Assembly: GCA_040954595.2 (NCBI GenBank)
Contig: CM082585.2
Location: forward strand, 3,564,902 to 3,628,901
DNA length: 64,000 nt
Source: Balanoglossus misakiensis
Taxonomy: Eukaryota; Animalia; Hemichordata
Reading direction: 5' to 3'
In this document: positions 63,151-64,000 of the stretch, piece by piece
Numbering within the stretch: the first letter of the stretch is position 1
How the letters are laid out: the number at the start of each line of letters is the position of its first letter
The notes under the pieces: model-generated
Told to the model about the DNA's origin: nothing
What the model saw: the letters and a program-made list of their open reading frames with translations, nothing else
Database searches by the model: none
Program-made: the position numbers and the translations under genes

Positions 63151-64000
63151 CCGAGTTAGAAAGGGAACTCGCGGTGTCGTTCATTAATCAGGCGTGGTAT
63201 ATAACGCATAGGGATAGGAGAAGGGCGGGCGGAAAGCGGTCGTGTGTCTGAGCTTCTCCGGCGAGACCTCGCACAAATCCCCGGCGAGTTATAAAGGGAA
63301 CTCGCAGTGTCGTTCATTAAGCAGGCGTGGTATATAACGCATAGGGATAGGAGAAGGGCGGGCGGAAAGCCGTCGTGTGTCTGAGCTTCTCCGGCGAGAC
63401 CTCGCACAAATCCCCGCCGAGTTAGAAAGGGAACTCGCGGTGTCGTTCATTAAGCAGGCGTGGTATATAACGCATAGGGATAGGAGAAGGGCGGGCGGAA
63501 AGCGGTCGTGTGTCTGAGCTTCTCCGGCGAGACCTCGCACAAATCCCCGGCGAGTTAGAAAGGGAACTCGCGGTGTCGTTCATTAAGCAGGCGTGGTATA
63601 TAACGCATAGGGATAGGAGAAGGGCGGGCGGAAAGCGGTCGTGTGTCTGAGCTTCTCCGGCGAGACCTCGCACAAATCCCCGGCGAGTTAGAAAGGGAAC
63701 TCGCAGTGTCGTTCATTAAGCAGGCGTGTTATATAACGCATAGGGATAGGAGAAGGGCGGGCGGAAAGCGGTCGTGTGTCTGAGCTTCTCCGGCGAGACC
63801 TCGCACAAATCCCCGACGAGTTAGAAAGGGAACTCGTGGTGTCGTTCATTAAACAGGCGTGGTATATAACGCATAGGGATAGGAGAAGGCGGGCGGAAAG
63901 CGGTCGTGTGTCTGAGCTTCTCCGGCGAGACCTCGCACAAATCCCCGACGAGTTAGAAAGGGAACTCGTGGTGTCGTTCATTAAACAGGCGTGGTATATA

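Larger units (their letters stand above)
1..64000 (+). repeat. Tandem satellite DNA array, 133-bp monomer, about 480 copies, running past both window edges
   Basis: TTAGAAA recurs at 49, 182, then 712, 845, 978 and onward in 133-bp steps to the window end. Copies differ by only a few substitutions or small indels (129, 132, 137, 140-bp variants). No non-monomer sequence was found. Confidence 0.99.

Noticed and set aside
49-63981. Hundreds of 65-171 aa ORFs (MRGLAGEAQTHD..., MSELPRRDLAQ...)
   Set aside because: They are translations of the repeat. Since 133 is not a multiple of 3, frames rotate each monomer. Starts are mostly GTG, indels freely fuse or break frames, and no domain is recognisable.
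1-64000. CRISPR array or other repeat-spacer system
   Set aside because: There are no unique spacers; the whole 133 bp is repeated, and no cas or other genes are present.
1-64000. Rolling-circle/MDA concatemer or synthetic construct
   Set aside because: Variants are inherited in nested multi-kb patterns and the inversion has identical junctions five times. Random amplification chimeras or copying of one small circle would not give this. Local mis-assembly is still not excluded.

Overview
The whole 64 kb window is one tandem array of a GC-rich 133-bp monomer, about 480 copies. The consensus is GAGTTAGAAAGGGAACTCGCGGTGTCGTTCATTAAGCAGGCGTGGTATATAACGCATAGGGATAGGAGAAGGGCGGGCGGAAAGCGGTCGTGTGTCTGAGCTTCTCCGGCGAGACCTCGCACAAATCCCCGCC (hand count about 57% GC, 14 CpG). 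I see no unique sequence, gene, RNA gene, transposon or CRISPR spacer, and every listed ORF is a by-product of the repeat. It reads as eukaryotic satellite DNA, possibly (peri)centromeric, but I cannot name the family or host. The informative content is the architecture. One 434-bp in-situ inversion occurs five times with identical breakpoints, and those breakpoints fall in an imperfect inverted repeat inside the monomer. Shared SNP and indel variants define nested higher-order repeats of 266, 399, 793, 1191, 1197, 1592, 1859, 2251 and 6905 bp, plus 18 to 31 kb superunits. The monomer also carries several dyad symmetries with partly covarying flanks. The sequence does not support a new protein-coding system.
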